From positions 4,077,855-4,141,854 of the forward strand of contig CBDBMZ010000003.1 in assembly GCA_965207615.1 (NCBI GenBank): a DNA stretch of 64,000 bases. Reading direction: 5' to 3'. The position numbers and the translations under genes were made by a program. The notes below the pieces were generated by a model, which had not been told where the DNA came from, made no database searches, and was given only the letters and a program-made list of their open reading frames with translations. Source of the DNA: Vicinamibacterales bacterium (lineage in GTDB: Bacteria > Acidobacteriota > Vicinamibacteria > Vicinamibacterales > UBA8438). Each line of letters starts with the position of its first letter. Within the stretch, counting starts at the first letter, position 1. Shown one piece after another: positions 18,976-28,297 of the stretch.

Positions 18976-18994
18976 CGCGGCGCCCGCCGCCTCC

Positions 18995-19675
18995 ATGTCC
19001 GAGTTCGTCACCGTCCCGCCGGGCTGGTTCCTGATGGGGAGCGAAGAGGGCCAGCCGTCAGAGCGCCCCGTTCACCGGGTTTGGGTGGACGGGTTCCGGA
19101 TGGCCGTCCACCCCGTGACCCGCCGCGAGTACGCCGGGTTCCTCGACGCGACCGGCCACGCCCCCCCGCGCGAGTGGGACAACCTTGCGTTCCGCCGGGG
19201 CGACCTGCCAGTGGTCGGGGTGAGCTGGCACGACGCGACCGCGTACTGCGCCTGGCGCTCGCGCCGCCGCTCCGCGGTGAGGCTGCCCACCGAGGCGGAA
19301 TGGGAGCGGGCGGCCCGCGGCGGCTCGAACGGCCAGCGGTACCCCTGGGGCGATGAGATTCCCGACTGGGTGCCCAACCGGGGCCGCGGTCCCCTCGACG
19401 GCCCCTGGCCGGTCGCCCTGGGCACGCCCAACGGGTTCGGGCTCTACGGCATCGCCGCCAACATCCACGAGTGGTGCTCGAACTGGCACGATCGCGATTT
19501 CTACCAGCGCGCGCCCGCCGTCAATCCGGTGGGGCCCGAGGAGGGCCGGCGGCGGGCCTCGCGGGGCGGCGCGTGGCGTCATGCGCTGACCCTGAACCGG
19601 ACCGCCGCCCGCAGCAGCCTCGACCCGTCGCTGCGCTACACCGACTACGGGTTCCGGCTCGCGCAATCGCTCTGA
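18995..19675 (+). CDS. formylglycine-generating-enzyme (SUMF1) family protein
   Basis: VSWHDATAYCAW, RLPTEAEWERAARGG and RGGAWRH motifs. Confidence 0.85.
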   Translation: MSEFVTVPPGWFLMGSEEGQPSERPVHRVWVDGFRMAVHPVTRREYAGFLDATGHAPPREWDNLAFRRGDLPVVGVSWHDATAYCAWRSRRRSAVRLPTEAEWERAARGGSNGQRYPWGDEIPDWVPNRGRGPLDGPWPVALGTPNGFGLYGIAANIHEWCSNWHDRDFYQRAPAVNPVGPEEGRRRASRGGAWRHALTLNRTAARSSLDPSLRYTDYGFRLAQSL

Positions 19676-19725
19676 CGCGCGTCGGGCCGAACGGCCCGGG
19701 ACCGTCGACGACGGGAGAGAGTTCC

Positions 19726-21885
19726 GTGAAGACTGAACCGACCATCGCGCCGTCCGGCGCCTGGGAGTCCCCCGTCACCACGGAGATGCTGACCGCGGGG
19801 GCGCTGCGGTTCGAAGGCATCACCGTCGACGGCGGTGACGTGTACTGGGTCGAGTCGCGCCCGGACGAGGCGGGCCGGTGCGCGGCGATGCGGCTGACCG
19901 CGGACGGCGAGATGTCGGAGGTGACCACGCCTGCCCACAACGCCCGGACCCGGGTCCACGAGTACGGGGGCGGGGCGCTGGCGGTCTCCAACGGCGTGGC
20001 GTACTTCTCGAACTTCTCCGATCAACGGCTGTACCGCCGGCCCGTGGACGGGTCCGAAGCACCTGCCGCGATCACGCCGGACATCGCGGTCCGCTACGCC
20101 GACGCGACCGTGGACGACGCGCGGGGCCGGCTGATCTGCGTGGCCGAGGACCACCGCCGAGCCGGTCGCGAACCCGAGAACCTGCTGGTGGCGGTCCCCA
20201 CCGGCGGGGGCGCGCCGGCGCCCGTGCACCGGGGCTTCGACTTCTACGCCTCGCCGCGCCTCAGCCCCGATGGCAGCCGGCTCGCCTGGGTCTGCTGGAG
20301 CCACCCGAACATGCCGTGGGACGCGACGGAGCTGTGGCTCGCGGACGTGGGGCCCGACGGCGCCCTGACGTCGCCACGCCGAATCGCGGGCGGAGCTCCC
20401 GCCCCGCCGGGCGGGGTCGACGATGGCGCCGGCGACGCACGCTCCGGGGACGCCGGTGACCCCGAGAACGCCCGTGGTCCCGCGGACGTCGGTGATCCCG
20501 CGGACGTTGGTGACCCCAGGAGCACCGGTGCTCCCGAGGATGCCGGCGACACCGGGGACGCCGGCGACACCGGGGATGTGGGCAACGCCCAGGGCGCCGG
20601 CGGTACCAGCGGCGTCTCCGTGCTCCAGCCGGCGTGGGGTCCGGACGGCACCCTTTACTGCGTGTCGGACGCGTCGGGCTGGTGGAACCTGCACCGATGG
20701 GACGGGGAACGGCTGGTCCCCGTGCTGCCGATGGAGGCCGAGTTCGGGTTGCCCCCGTGGCTGTTCGGCATGGGCCGGTACGCGGTGCTGGGCGCGAACC
20801 GCATCGTCTCGCATTACGGGAACGCGGCCGGGACCCGGCTGGGGGTCATCGACGTGCCGACCGGGGGGGTGCGCGAGATCGCCACGGCGTTCACGACGTT
20901 CGGCTTCTTCGCCGCCGCGTCGCGCGGCCGACTGCTGTGCACGGCCGCCAGCCCGGAAGCCGGCTCGGCCCTCGTCGCTATCAACACCGACACCGGCGAG
21001 GTGGAGACGCTGCGCCGGGGCTCGGAGCCGGGGCTCGACCCTTCGTACGTGTCGCGCGCCGAGCCGATCGTGTGCCCGAGCGCGGGAGGACGCACCACGC
21101 ACGCCTACTACTACCCGCCCCGCAACCCCGCGTTCCGCGCCCCCGACGGCGAGCGGCCGCCGCTGCTCACGTTCATCCACGGCGGGCCCACCGGCAGCAC
21201 GGACCCCGGCTTCCGCCTCGCCGTCCAGTACTGGACGACACGCGGGTTCGCGGTCGTCGACGTGGACTACGGCGGCTCGACCGGCTACGGCACCGCCTAC
21301 CGCCGCCTCCTGCGCCGCGGCTGGGGCGTCGTCGACCGCGAGGACTGCGAGGCGGCGGCGCGGTACCTGGTCGAACGGGGAGAAGCCGACGCCACCCGGC
21401 TTGCAATCCGCGGCGGCTCGGCCGGCGGCTACACCACGCTGTGCGCGCTCGCGTTCGGCAGCGTGTTCACGGCGGGCGCCTCGTACTACGGCGTCTCCGA
21501 CGCGGCGGCCCTGGCCCGGGACACCCACAAGTTCGAGTCGCGCTACCTCGACGCCCTGATCGGCCCGTGGCCCGAACGCGCCGACCTCTACGAGCAGCGC
21601 TCGCCCATCCACGCCGTGGACCGCCTGTCCTGCCCCGTCATCTTCCTGCAGGGCCTCGAGGACGCCGTCGTGCCACCCGACCAGACCGAGCGCATGGCCG
21701 ACGCCCTGCGCCGGAAGGGGCTGCCCGTCGCCTGCCTGATGTTCGAGGGCGAGCAGCACGGGTTCCGGCAGGCCGCGAACATCCGGCGCGCGGCCGAGGC
21801 CGAGCTCTACTTCTACGGCCGGGTCTTCGGCTTCAGCCCCGCCGGCGCGATCGAGCCGGTTGCGATAGAGAACCTCGACCCGTGA
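19726..21885 (+). CDS. S9-family serine peptidase (prolyl oligopeptidase / acylaminoacyl-peptidase type) with a low-complexity insert
   Basis: N-terminal propeller and C-terminal alpha/beta hydrolase with GGSAGGY. GTG start at 19726. Confidence 0.85.
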   Translation: MKTEPTIAPSGAWESPVTTEMLTAGALRFEGITVDGGDVYWVESRPDEAGRCAAMRLTADGEMSEVTTPAHNARTRVHEYGGGALAVSNGVAYFSNFSDQRLYRRPVDGSEAPAAITPDIAVRYADATVDDARGRLICVAEDHRRAGREPENLLVAVPTGGGAPAPVHRGFDFYASPRLSPDGSRLAWVCWSHPNMPWDATELWLADVGPDGALTSPRRIAGGAPAPPGGVDDGAGDARSGDAGDPENARGPADVGDPADVGDPRSTGAPEDAGDTGDAGDTGDVGNAQGAGGTSGVSVLQPAWGPDGTLYCVSDASGWWNLHRWDGERLVPVLPMEAEFGLPPWLFGMGRYAVLGANRIVSHYGNAAGTRLGVIDVPTGGVREIATAFTTFGFFAAASRGRLLCTAASPEAGSALVAINTDTGEVETLRRGSEPGLDPSYVSRAEPIVCPSAGGRTTHAYYYPPRNPAFRAPDGERPPLLTFIHGGPTGSTDPGFRLAVQYWTTRGFAVVDVDYGGSTGYGTAYRRLLRRGWGVVDREDCEAAARYLVERGEADATRLAIRGGSAGGYTTLCALAFGSVFTAGASYYGVSDAAALARDTHKFESRYLDALIGPWPERADLYEQRSPIHAVDRLSCPVIFLQGLEDAVVPPDQTERMADALRRKGLPVACLMFEGEQHGFRQAANIRRAAEAELYFYGRVFGFSPAGAIEPVAIENLDP

Positions 21886-22028
21886 GCGATGCCGCAAGAC
21901 GCCGCGACGCCGCCGTAACAGCGGTCGCGCCGCGGTAGAAGGCAATCCATGAGCGACCCTCTATTCGCCATTGTGACGACGCCGCGACAGCGCCGCCCGC
22001 CCATCGGCGGCGCGACAGAGCCCGCTCG

Positions 22029-23414
22029 ATGAACGAGACGCAGACCGCGAAGGCGGTTGCCGAACGAGTGCAACAGGCCGGCGGCCGCGCCCTCTATGTC
22101 GGGGGTTGGGTCCGGGATCGCCTGATCGGCCGCGAGTCGAAGGACATCGACCTCGAGGTCTACGGCATCGAGGTCGACCGGTTGCGCGCGCTGCTCGGCG
22201 AGATCGGCCCCGTCAACACCGTCGGCCAGAGCTTCACCGTCTACAAGGTGGGCGGGGTCGACGTCTCCCTGCCCCGCACCGAGTCGAAGCGGGGCCGCGG
22301 CCACCGCGGCTTCGTCGTTACCGGCGACCCCTGGATGCCGGTGGAAGAGGCGGCCCGCCGGCGCGATTTCACCATCAACGCGATCGCCTGGGACCCTCGG
22401 AACGACGAGTACATCGACCCCTTCGGCGGCCGCGGCGACCTCGAGCGCCGTCGGCTGCGGGTGGTCGACCCCGCCACCTTCGCCGACGACAGCCTGCGCG
22501 TGCTGCGCGCCTTGCAGCTCGCGGCCCGGTTCGAGCTCACCCCCGACGACGCCACCGCCCGCATCTGCCGCGGCATCGCCCTCGACGACCTCCCCGCCGA
22601 ACGCATCCGGGGCGAGATGGAGAAGCTGCTGCTGCAGGCCCGGCGCCCGTCCCTCGGCTTCGAGCTCGCCCTCGACCTGCGGGTCGTCGAGCGCCTCTTC
22701 CCCGAGCTCCGGGCCCTGGTCGGCTGCGAGCAGGAGCCCGAGTGGCACCCCGAGGGCGACGTCTGGGTACACACGCTGATGGTCGTCGACGAGGCCCGCA
22801 CCCGCATGGACGACCTCGACCGCCCGCAACAGCTCACCCTCATGCTCGCCGCCGTCTGCCACGACCTCGGCAAGCCCGCCACCACCGAGCTCGTCGACGG
22901 CCGCATCCGCTCGCGCGGCCACGAGGAGGCCGGCGTACCGCCCACGCGTGCCCTCCTCGATCGCCTCGACGTCCACACCCTCGCCGGCTACGACGTCCGT
23001 CACCAGGTGCTCGGCCTCGTCGCCCACCACCTGAAACCCGGCATGTGGCACCGCGGCGCCGATCCCGTCGGCGACGGCGCCTTCCGCCGCCTCGCCCGCA
23101 AGGTCGACCTGGAGCTGCTCGCGCGGCTGTCCGCCGCCGACTGCCTGGGCCGCACCGGCCACTTCGACTGCGCCGCGACGCTGGACTGGTTCCTCGACCG
23201 CGCCCGGGCGCTCGGCGTGGAGCATGAAGCACCCGCGCCGCTCCTGCTCGGGCGCCACCTGTTGCAGATGGGGTTGTCACCGGGGCCGGAGATCGGGAGG
23301 ATTCTGAGAGCGGTCTACGAGCGGCAGCTCGACGGCGAGGTCGCGTCGCTGGAGGAGGCAGCGGAGGCAGCGAAGCGCCTCACGGCGGACCCACCCGCTC
23401 GCGAAACGGATTGA
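22029..23414 (+). CDS. cca: CCA-adding tRNA nucleotidyltransferase with HD domain
   Basis: [24 protein letters not shown] and the HD region CHDLGKP. Confidence 0.9.
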   Translation: MNETQTAKAVAERVQQAGGRALYVGGWVRDRLIGRESKDIDLEVYGIEVDRLRALLGEIGPVNTVGQSFTVYKVGGVDVSLPRTESKRGRGHRGFVVTGDPWMPVEEAARRRDFTINAIAWDPRNDEYIDPFGGRGDLERRRLRVVDPATFADDSLRVLRALQLAARFELTPDDATARICRGIALDDLPAERIRGEMEKLLLQARRPSLGFELALDLRVVERLFPELRALVGCEQEPEWHPEGDVWVHTLMVVDEARTRMDDLDRPQQLTLMLAAVCHDLGKPATTELVDGRIRSRGHEEAGVPPTRALLDRLDVHTLAGYDVRHQVLGLVAHHLKPGMWHRGADPVGDGAFRRLARKVDLELLARLSAADCLGRTGHFDCAATLDWFLDRARALGVEHEAPAPLLLGRHLLQMGLSPGPEIGRILRAVYERQLDGEVASLEEAAEAAKRLTADPPARETD

Positions 23415-23718
23415 TCACGCTCCGTCCCAATAGGCAGCCGGAAGCGTCGGCTGATCGAGACACCCGCCCGAAAGACCGCGACCGTGACGTCCTGGACGGG
23501 GAACTCGCGAATGGACTCGATGAACTTCATGGCCTGAGCGTGGGTCAACGGTTCCCGGCGGCTGGACCGCGTGACCATGAATAGAACTCCTGAAGCACCT
23601 GCACGGACACGGGAAGGCCACCCTGCCGCAGCAACTCCTGCGCAAGACGACGCTTGCCGGCGTCTTCGAGCGATGGACTGACCGCGTAGATCAGGACGTT
23701 GGTGTCAACGAATCGCAT
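23415..23718 (-). pseudogene. vapC: PIN-domain VapC toxin, two frameshifts and a truncated C-terminus
   Basis: Frame A: MRFVDTNVLIYAVSPS...VQVLQEFYS. Frame B: VTRSSRREPLTHAQAMKFIESIREFPVQDVT...ISRRFRL. Frame C: YWDGA then a stop abutting the cca stop. The last acidic-residue region of PIN is missing. Confidence 0.7.
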
Positions 23719-23995
23719 CGCGGTCGTGCAGGACCTCGCGGCTCACGTTGTCGGCCGCCCTGAATCCGCCGCGCGTGGCGCAGACGTCCTCAAAGACCTC
23801 ATCCAGCAGCCGCCGCCTGCGTGCACCCTCTGATTCCGCCCGAGTCCCGTCCACGCGGGTCGCCTCGACGCCGCCGTGAACGAGACGCTGGAGAAACGCG
23901 CGCACCAGCGCAGACACCGAGGTATCGAGCTCCGCCGCGCGGATACGGGATCGCCGATAGGTGTCGTCGTCGACCGATACCGTGATGTTCCTCAT
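23705..23995 (-). CDS. vapB: ribbon-helix-helix (CopG/VapB-type) antitoxin
   Basis: MRNITVSVDDDTYRRSRIRAAELDTSVSALVRAFLQRL. It overlaps the vapC start by 14 nt. Confidence 0.75.
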   Translation of the reverse strand: MRNITVSVDDDTYRRSRIRAAELDTSVSALVRAFLQRLVHGGVEATRVDGTRAESEGARRRRLLDEVFEDVCATRGGFRAADNVSREVLHDRDAIR

Positions 23996-24161
23996 ATCCC
24001 ACAGCCTCACAGTCTCAGTGTATCGCAGCCAGCCACCCTCTACCGCCACGGGCTGCGGCAGTGATTCTTCCCGCGCTGGTCAAATATCATGACCAAGGGT
24101 GTTGACGCGGACAGATTGGGCATTATGCACTGCCGGCATCACTGAAAGGAGTGCTCAAGCA

Positions 24162-25002
24162 ATGACAGGCTCAGCGTCCGGGCAGTCGAGTGGTGAGGAT
24201 ACGGCACGGCAGGGCGGAGGGGAGCGCGAGTGATCGACAATTGCCTTTCCCTACGGCGACATGGAGAGTGCGCTCAGAATCGCCAATGGGATCTACGAGG
24301 TTGGTGGCACGTCATGTCAGTGGGAGCAGCTCGGCGCGGCGCTCGGCATGGCTCCAAAGGGAGGCGGTTTCCGCGTTATGGTCTCGACAGCAAGGGTGTT
24401 CGGCCTCGTTGCCTACGACAAGACATCGGTACGGTTGACAGAACTGGGCACAAGGGCATGCGATCCGGCTCAGGTGGCGAGGGCCAAGGCGGACGCGTTT
24501 CTGAGGGTGCCCCTTTACGAGAAGCTGTTCGATAGATTCAAGGCAACCACGCTGCCCCCTGATCAGGCCCTGGAGAACGAGATGGCAGCCCTTGGGGTGC
24601 TCGGAAGCAGACTCGGAAGGCCCGACAGGCATCCAGCGATCCGCACAGCAAGCAGGGTTCTTCAGTTTCGGCAAGGACCGTATCGTCATGCCGTCCACGG
24701 CGAACTCAGCTGATGCTCCGTCCACCATGCCGGCGATAGCCAAGCGCCTGACACGGTAAAACCAAGCGCGGAGGAGCGACGGCGGCAACCACGACTTCAT
24801 CAAGGGACTCGTGAGAAAGCTACCTGATGAGGGAACGGAATGGCCGATCGCAAGCCGGTGCACGTGGCTCCAAGCCGCCAACGCGATTTTCAAGCTGCTG
24901 CACGGACGGCCGGACAACGAGGACAAGCTCAGAATCGAGAAGACTCCATGGCTGAGTCCGCGAAGAAGGAGGCCAAGCACCAGAAGGACATCATCTTCGT
25001 AG
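24162..25002 (+). pseudogene. hypothetical gene in a low-GC islet, broken by an in-frame TGA, a frameshift and an in-frame TAA
   Basis: AAAGGAG RBS. MTGSASG...GERE-TGA(24231)-STIAFPYGDMESALRIANGIYEVGG... A frame switch near 24630 leads to GIQRSAQQAGFFSFGKDRIVMP...AKRLTR-TAA(24757), and the same frame then continues GGNHDFIKGLVRKLPDEGTEWP...WLQAANAIFKLL. Confidence 0.55.
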
Positions 25003-25094
25003 CACGCATCACGCTACCCAATGGACGAGTCATCTGGGCAAGGGACTACGGTCTCCGGGCTTTCCCGATTCGGCGGCCGCCTAACGACCGTTAA
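24948..25094 (+). CDS. small hypothetical protein (48 aa) at the end of the islet
   Basis: MAESAKKEAKHQKDIIFVARITLPNGRVIWARDYGLRAFPIRRPPNDR. Intact ORF with a weak RBS. Confidence 0.4.
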   Translation: MAESAKKEAKHQKDIIFVARITLPNGRVIWARDYGLRAFPIRRPPNDR

Positions 25095-25228
25095 TGTCGT
25101 CGTGGCACTCAGGTGTGCGACCCTGCCCGGCGACGGGGTCGCACACCAAGCCGCGGATCGACCAAGCCCAAGGTTCTTGAGGCCGGCTACGAGAGGGTCC
25201 GGCTCGTCCGCGTGATTCCGCTCATGTG

Positions 25229-26263
25229 TCAGCGGTCGTGCCGGCCGGCGTCCTGCCGCGCATCCAGGCGGGCCAGCAGGTCCGCCTCGTCGCGACAGGC
25301 CAGCGCGGCGGCGACGAGCGCGTCGGGGTCCTCTCCCGCAAGCCGGGCGGCCAGCCGCTCGGAGACATTCAGCCCGCGATTCCGCAGGATCGAGCGGACG
25401 ATCTCCACGCGCGCGGCCGCGTGGCCCTCCGCCCGGCCCGCCGCGTGTCCTTCCGCGCGGCCTGCCGCGCGCGCCTCGCGACGTTGCGCGCCGAGCCACG
25501 GATCGTCGTCCGGACCGGTCCCCGCGACGGCGCCCAGCACGCGGCCGACGCGCTCCAGCACGACCCGCGTGGCCTCCGACAGCGCCGCCTCGTTCAGGGC
25601 CGCGTGGATCTCCTCCGCGGTCCAGCCCGGCAGGGCGGTGCTCGCCGGCGCCGCCCGATAGCCGTCGGCCACGCGCCGGTGAATCGTCAGGCCCGGCCGG
25701 CGGCGCGGCGAACCGCCCTCCGGCACCTCGACCCACACCTCGGGAAAGCCCCACGACTCGTAGAAGCCCAGCTTGCCGCGGCGCACGTCGGTCGAGTAGT
25801 CCACCTCGAGCACCACGTCCGGCAGGTGGTCGGCTCCCACCTCGACCCAGGGCCCCCGCGGCCGCGTCTCCACCGGGTCGAGATAGACGATCTGGTCCGC
25901 CTGCAGGATGCGCCGCCGCTCGCCCCCGGCGTCGCGCAGCACCAGGTCCGCCGCGCCGAGAGTGACGATGGGCGCCCCCCGCACCGCGGCGATCCGCGTC
26001 AACAAGCCGATGAGTTGCTGGCCGGGCCCCTCGTGGTAGACGCTGGTCGGCTCGCGCACCACCCAGGCCGTCTCGGTCGCGGCGTCCCAGTACTCGAAAC
26101 GGCCCTCGTAGTCGTCGATGGCGGCGCGCGTGATGCGGACGGGCCGGCAGCCGGGGAACTCGGGAGTGGGTTCAGGAACGCCGGGCCGGCCGGCTCCGAG
26201 CGCCCGTCCAGGGACAACCGCCGCCGCGGTGGGAGCCGGCGCGGCGAGGCGACGGGCAGACAT
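25229..26263 (-). CDS. Uma2-family PD-(D/E)xK endonuclease fused to a DUF4351-like C-terminal domain
   Basis: Nuclease core ...LPDVVLEVDYSTDVRRGKLGFYESWGFPEVWVEVPE. C-terminus AAGRAEGHAAGRAEGHAAARVEIVRSILRNRGLNVSERLAARLAGEDPDAL resembles the Rpn/DUF4351 tail. Confidence 0.7.
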   Translation of the reverse strand: MSARRLAAPAPTAAAVVPGRALGAGRPGVPEPTPEFPGCRPVRITRAAIDDYEGRFEYWDAATETAWVVREPTSVYHEGPGQQLIGLLTRIAAVRGAPIVTLGAADLVLRDAGGERRRILQADQIVYLDPVETRPRGPWVEVGADHLPDVVLEVDYSTDVRRGKLGFYESWGFPEVWVEVPEGGSPRRRPGLTIHRRVADGYRAAPASTALPGWTAEEIHAALNEAALSEATRVVLERVGRVLGAVAGTGPDDDPWLGAQRREARAAGRAEGHAAGRAEGHAAARVEIVRSILRNRGLNVSERLAARLAGEDPDALVAAALACRDEADLLARLDARQDAGRHDR

Positions 26264-26377
26264 GGGCCATGCTACCACGCGGACGGTTCGCGCCACGGGG
26301 TCGCCGGCAGACCGTCGGCGCCGGCTCAGCCAACGCCCGCGAGCGGCGAGGAGGCTCGGATCGCCGAGGCGTTTCGG

Positions 26378-27412
26378 TCATCCACCGGCCGCCGCGAACC
26401 GCCGACCGGCCGCGGTCGCGTGGACCGGCGACGCCGCGTCCGTCCGGGCGGAAGCGAGCGACCAGCCCGCCGGGAGGAGACGCCGCTCGGCGAGCTCGGA
26501 TCGCCACGCCTCGACCTCATCCGGGGCCAGCGGGAACCGGCCGTAGTCGCGAAGCGGCCGGTCGGTGTTGAACCGGCGCTTGTAGGCGGCGATCCAGTCG
26601 TTGGCCAGCTCCTGCTGGGCGGTGGCGAGGTCGAGAGTGCCCCGGCAGACGAGGTCCTGGAGCTCGCGCTCGAGCTCGTCCTTGACGTAGGCGTTCCAGA
26701 CCCCCGCCCGGTACGGCTGGGGCCACAGGTTGCGGGGGTCGGGTGCGCCCCCGAGCTCGGGGGTGATGAGGAAATCGAGCTCGTACTCGGCCGCCCTCCG
26801 GAAGTCGACGCCGTAGGCCTCGAACACCTGGCGGGGCACCTGGGCCGCGACGGGCGGCAAGCCCGTGACGCCGCCGCCGCAGATCTCGTCGACGCCCACG
26901 GGAAGCACGCGGCCGGGGGTGAGGTCCTGCCTCGGACGCTCGAGGCCGGCCGACGCGGGCGCGGCTCCGGCGGCGGGCCCCGGGGCGCCGCCGGCCGGCT
27001 GGCCGGGGGCACCCGGCCGGTCGGTGGCCGGCCACGACAACACGGCGGCGACCACCGCGACGGCGACGGCGGGGACGGCCAGCCGCGACGGACGGCCCGC
27101 AAGCGCCCCGCCGGCGAGCGGCCAGCCCGCCGGCGGCCGCTCCGCGAAGGACCAGCGCGACGGCGGCCGGTCCTCGAGCGCCCCCCGCAGCCGGGCCCGG
27201 GCGACATGCAACGGGGTCGCCCCGGCCGGCGCCTCGCGGCACCCGGCGGTGGCGTCGGCCAGAGCCGCGCCCAGCTCGGTCCGGCGCGAGGCGCACCGGG
27301 GACAGATCGCGACGTGACGGCTCACCGCCGCGCGCCGGCGGGCGGACAGCGCCCCGTCCTCATCCAGCAGCAGCAGCTCGCCGTCGGAGACGTGTCTCTT
27401 CGTGCGCCACAT
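26378..27412 (-). CDS. anti-sigma factor (zf-HC2, one TM) with an HNH-like periplasmic domain lacking the catalytic His
   Basis: HVAICPRC (H-x3-C-x2-C). TM helix LAVPAVAVAVVAAVLSW. C-terminal TPGRV...DEICGGG...YELDFLITPELGGAPDPRNLWPQP...KDELERELQDLVC. Starts 4 nt after the sigma factor stop. Confidence 0.75.
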   Translation of the reverse strand: MWRTKRHVSDGELLLLDEDGALSARRRAAVSRHVAICPRCASRRTELGAALADATAGCREAPAGATPLHVARARLRGALEDRPPSRWSFAERPPAGWPLAGGALAGRPSRLAVPAVAVAVVAAVLSWPATDRPGAPGQPAGGAPGPAAGAAPASAGLERPRQDLTPGRVLPVGVDEICGGGVTGLPPVAAQVPRQVFEAYGVDFRRAAEYELDFLITPELGGAPDPRNLWPQPYRAGVWNAYVKDELERELQDLVCRGTLDLATAQQELANDWIAAYKRRFNTDRPLRDYGRFPLAPDEVEAWRSELAERRLLPAGWSLASARTDAASPVHATAAGRRFAAAGG

Positions 27413-27416
27413 GGTG

Positions 27417-27989
27417 CTACCTCTCGTCGGCGCGGCGGAGCCGCGCGAGCGTCCGGGCCATGGTGTTCGCCACCGTGCCGAGCGACAGCCCGAGCACGCG
27501 GGCGATCTCGCGGTACCGCAGTCCCTCCGCGCGAAGCTGAAGGCAACGCCGCTCGCGGGCCGGCAGCGCGTTCACCGCCGCGGCCAATCGCACCTGCCGC
27601 TGGCGGCTCGCGTAGCGGTCCTCGGGTGTGGGCGCCGAGGCCGGGGTCCATCCGGACGCGAGATCGGCGCGCACCCGGCGCCGCCGCGCCTCCCGCGTCA
27701 GGTGCCTGAGGGCGAGGTTGTGGGCCACGCGGAAGATCCAGCCCCGGAGATTGGTGCACGGACGGCCGCGGGCCACGTGATGGAAGAGGGCCAGGAACAC
27801 GTCCTGCACCAGATCCTCCGCGTCCCGGTCGGCGATGCCGAGAGCGTGCACGTAGCGGTGCACCCCGTCGCGGTGCACGTCGAAGAGGCGCAGCACCGCC
27901 TCGTGGGCCTCGGCGGGCCTGACCGGGGCGACGACCTCGTCGAGCCCGATCGCGAGATCGAGGGCCGGATCGTGGATGGAAGGCGCCAT
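27417..27989 (-). CDS. ECF-type RNA polymerase sigma-70 factor
   Basis: Region 2 (DAEDLVQDVFLALF...GWIFRVAHNLAL) and region 4 (LPARERRCLQLRAEGLRYREIARVLGLSLGTVANTMARTLARL). Confidence 0.9.
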   Translation of the reverse strand: MAPSIHDPALDLAIGLDEVVAPVRPAEAHEAVLRLFDVHRDGVHRYVHALGIADRDAEDLVQDVFLALFHHVARGRPCTNLRGWIFRVAHNLALRHLTREARRRRVRADLASGWTPASAPTPEDRYASRQRQVRLAAAVNALPARERRCLQLRAEGLRYREIARVLGLSLGTVANTMARTLARLRRADER

Positions 27990-28297
27990 TCCGTCTTTGG
28001 CACAGTCTATACCCGCGATGTCGTGTTCCAGGCATGGATTCGGGCGAGCCTCCGCCGCCGGGCCGTCTCATCCGCGCGGGTTCTCGGAGCGAAGGGCACA
28101 GGCGATCCTGTCGGCATGCGAGCGCCGCGGCGGGTGCGCGATTCTCCGGATTTCTTTCCGCTTGCCCCCGACTCTCCGAACCCCGCCCGACGCGTGCCAT
28201 CCCCGGGGCAACCTGCGCCCGGCCTCCTCGGTGGCGCGCCCGCCCGACGCGGGCTCGATTTCTCTGAACGGATCGGGGCCGAGGGGAATGTACGTAT

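Noticed and set aside
24231-24233. In-frame TGA in the islet gene read as selenocysteine, given that selC is in the window.
   Set aside because: The codon lies in a low-complexity N-terminal region (GGGERE-TGA-STIAF) with no Cys/redox context. The same gene also carries a frameshift and an in-frame TAA, so a nonsense lesion is far more likely.
24312-24980. 222-aa minus-strand ORF across the islet.
   Set aside because: It is antisense to the plus-strand segments that show an RBS and protein-like sequence. Its own translation is Ser/Leu/Arg-rich without features.
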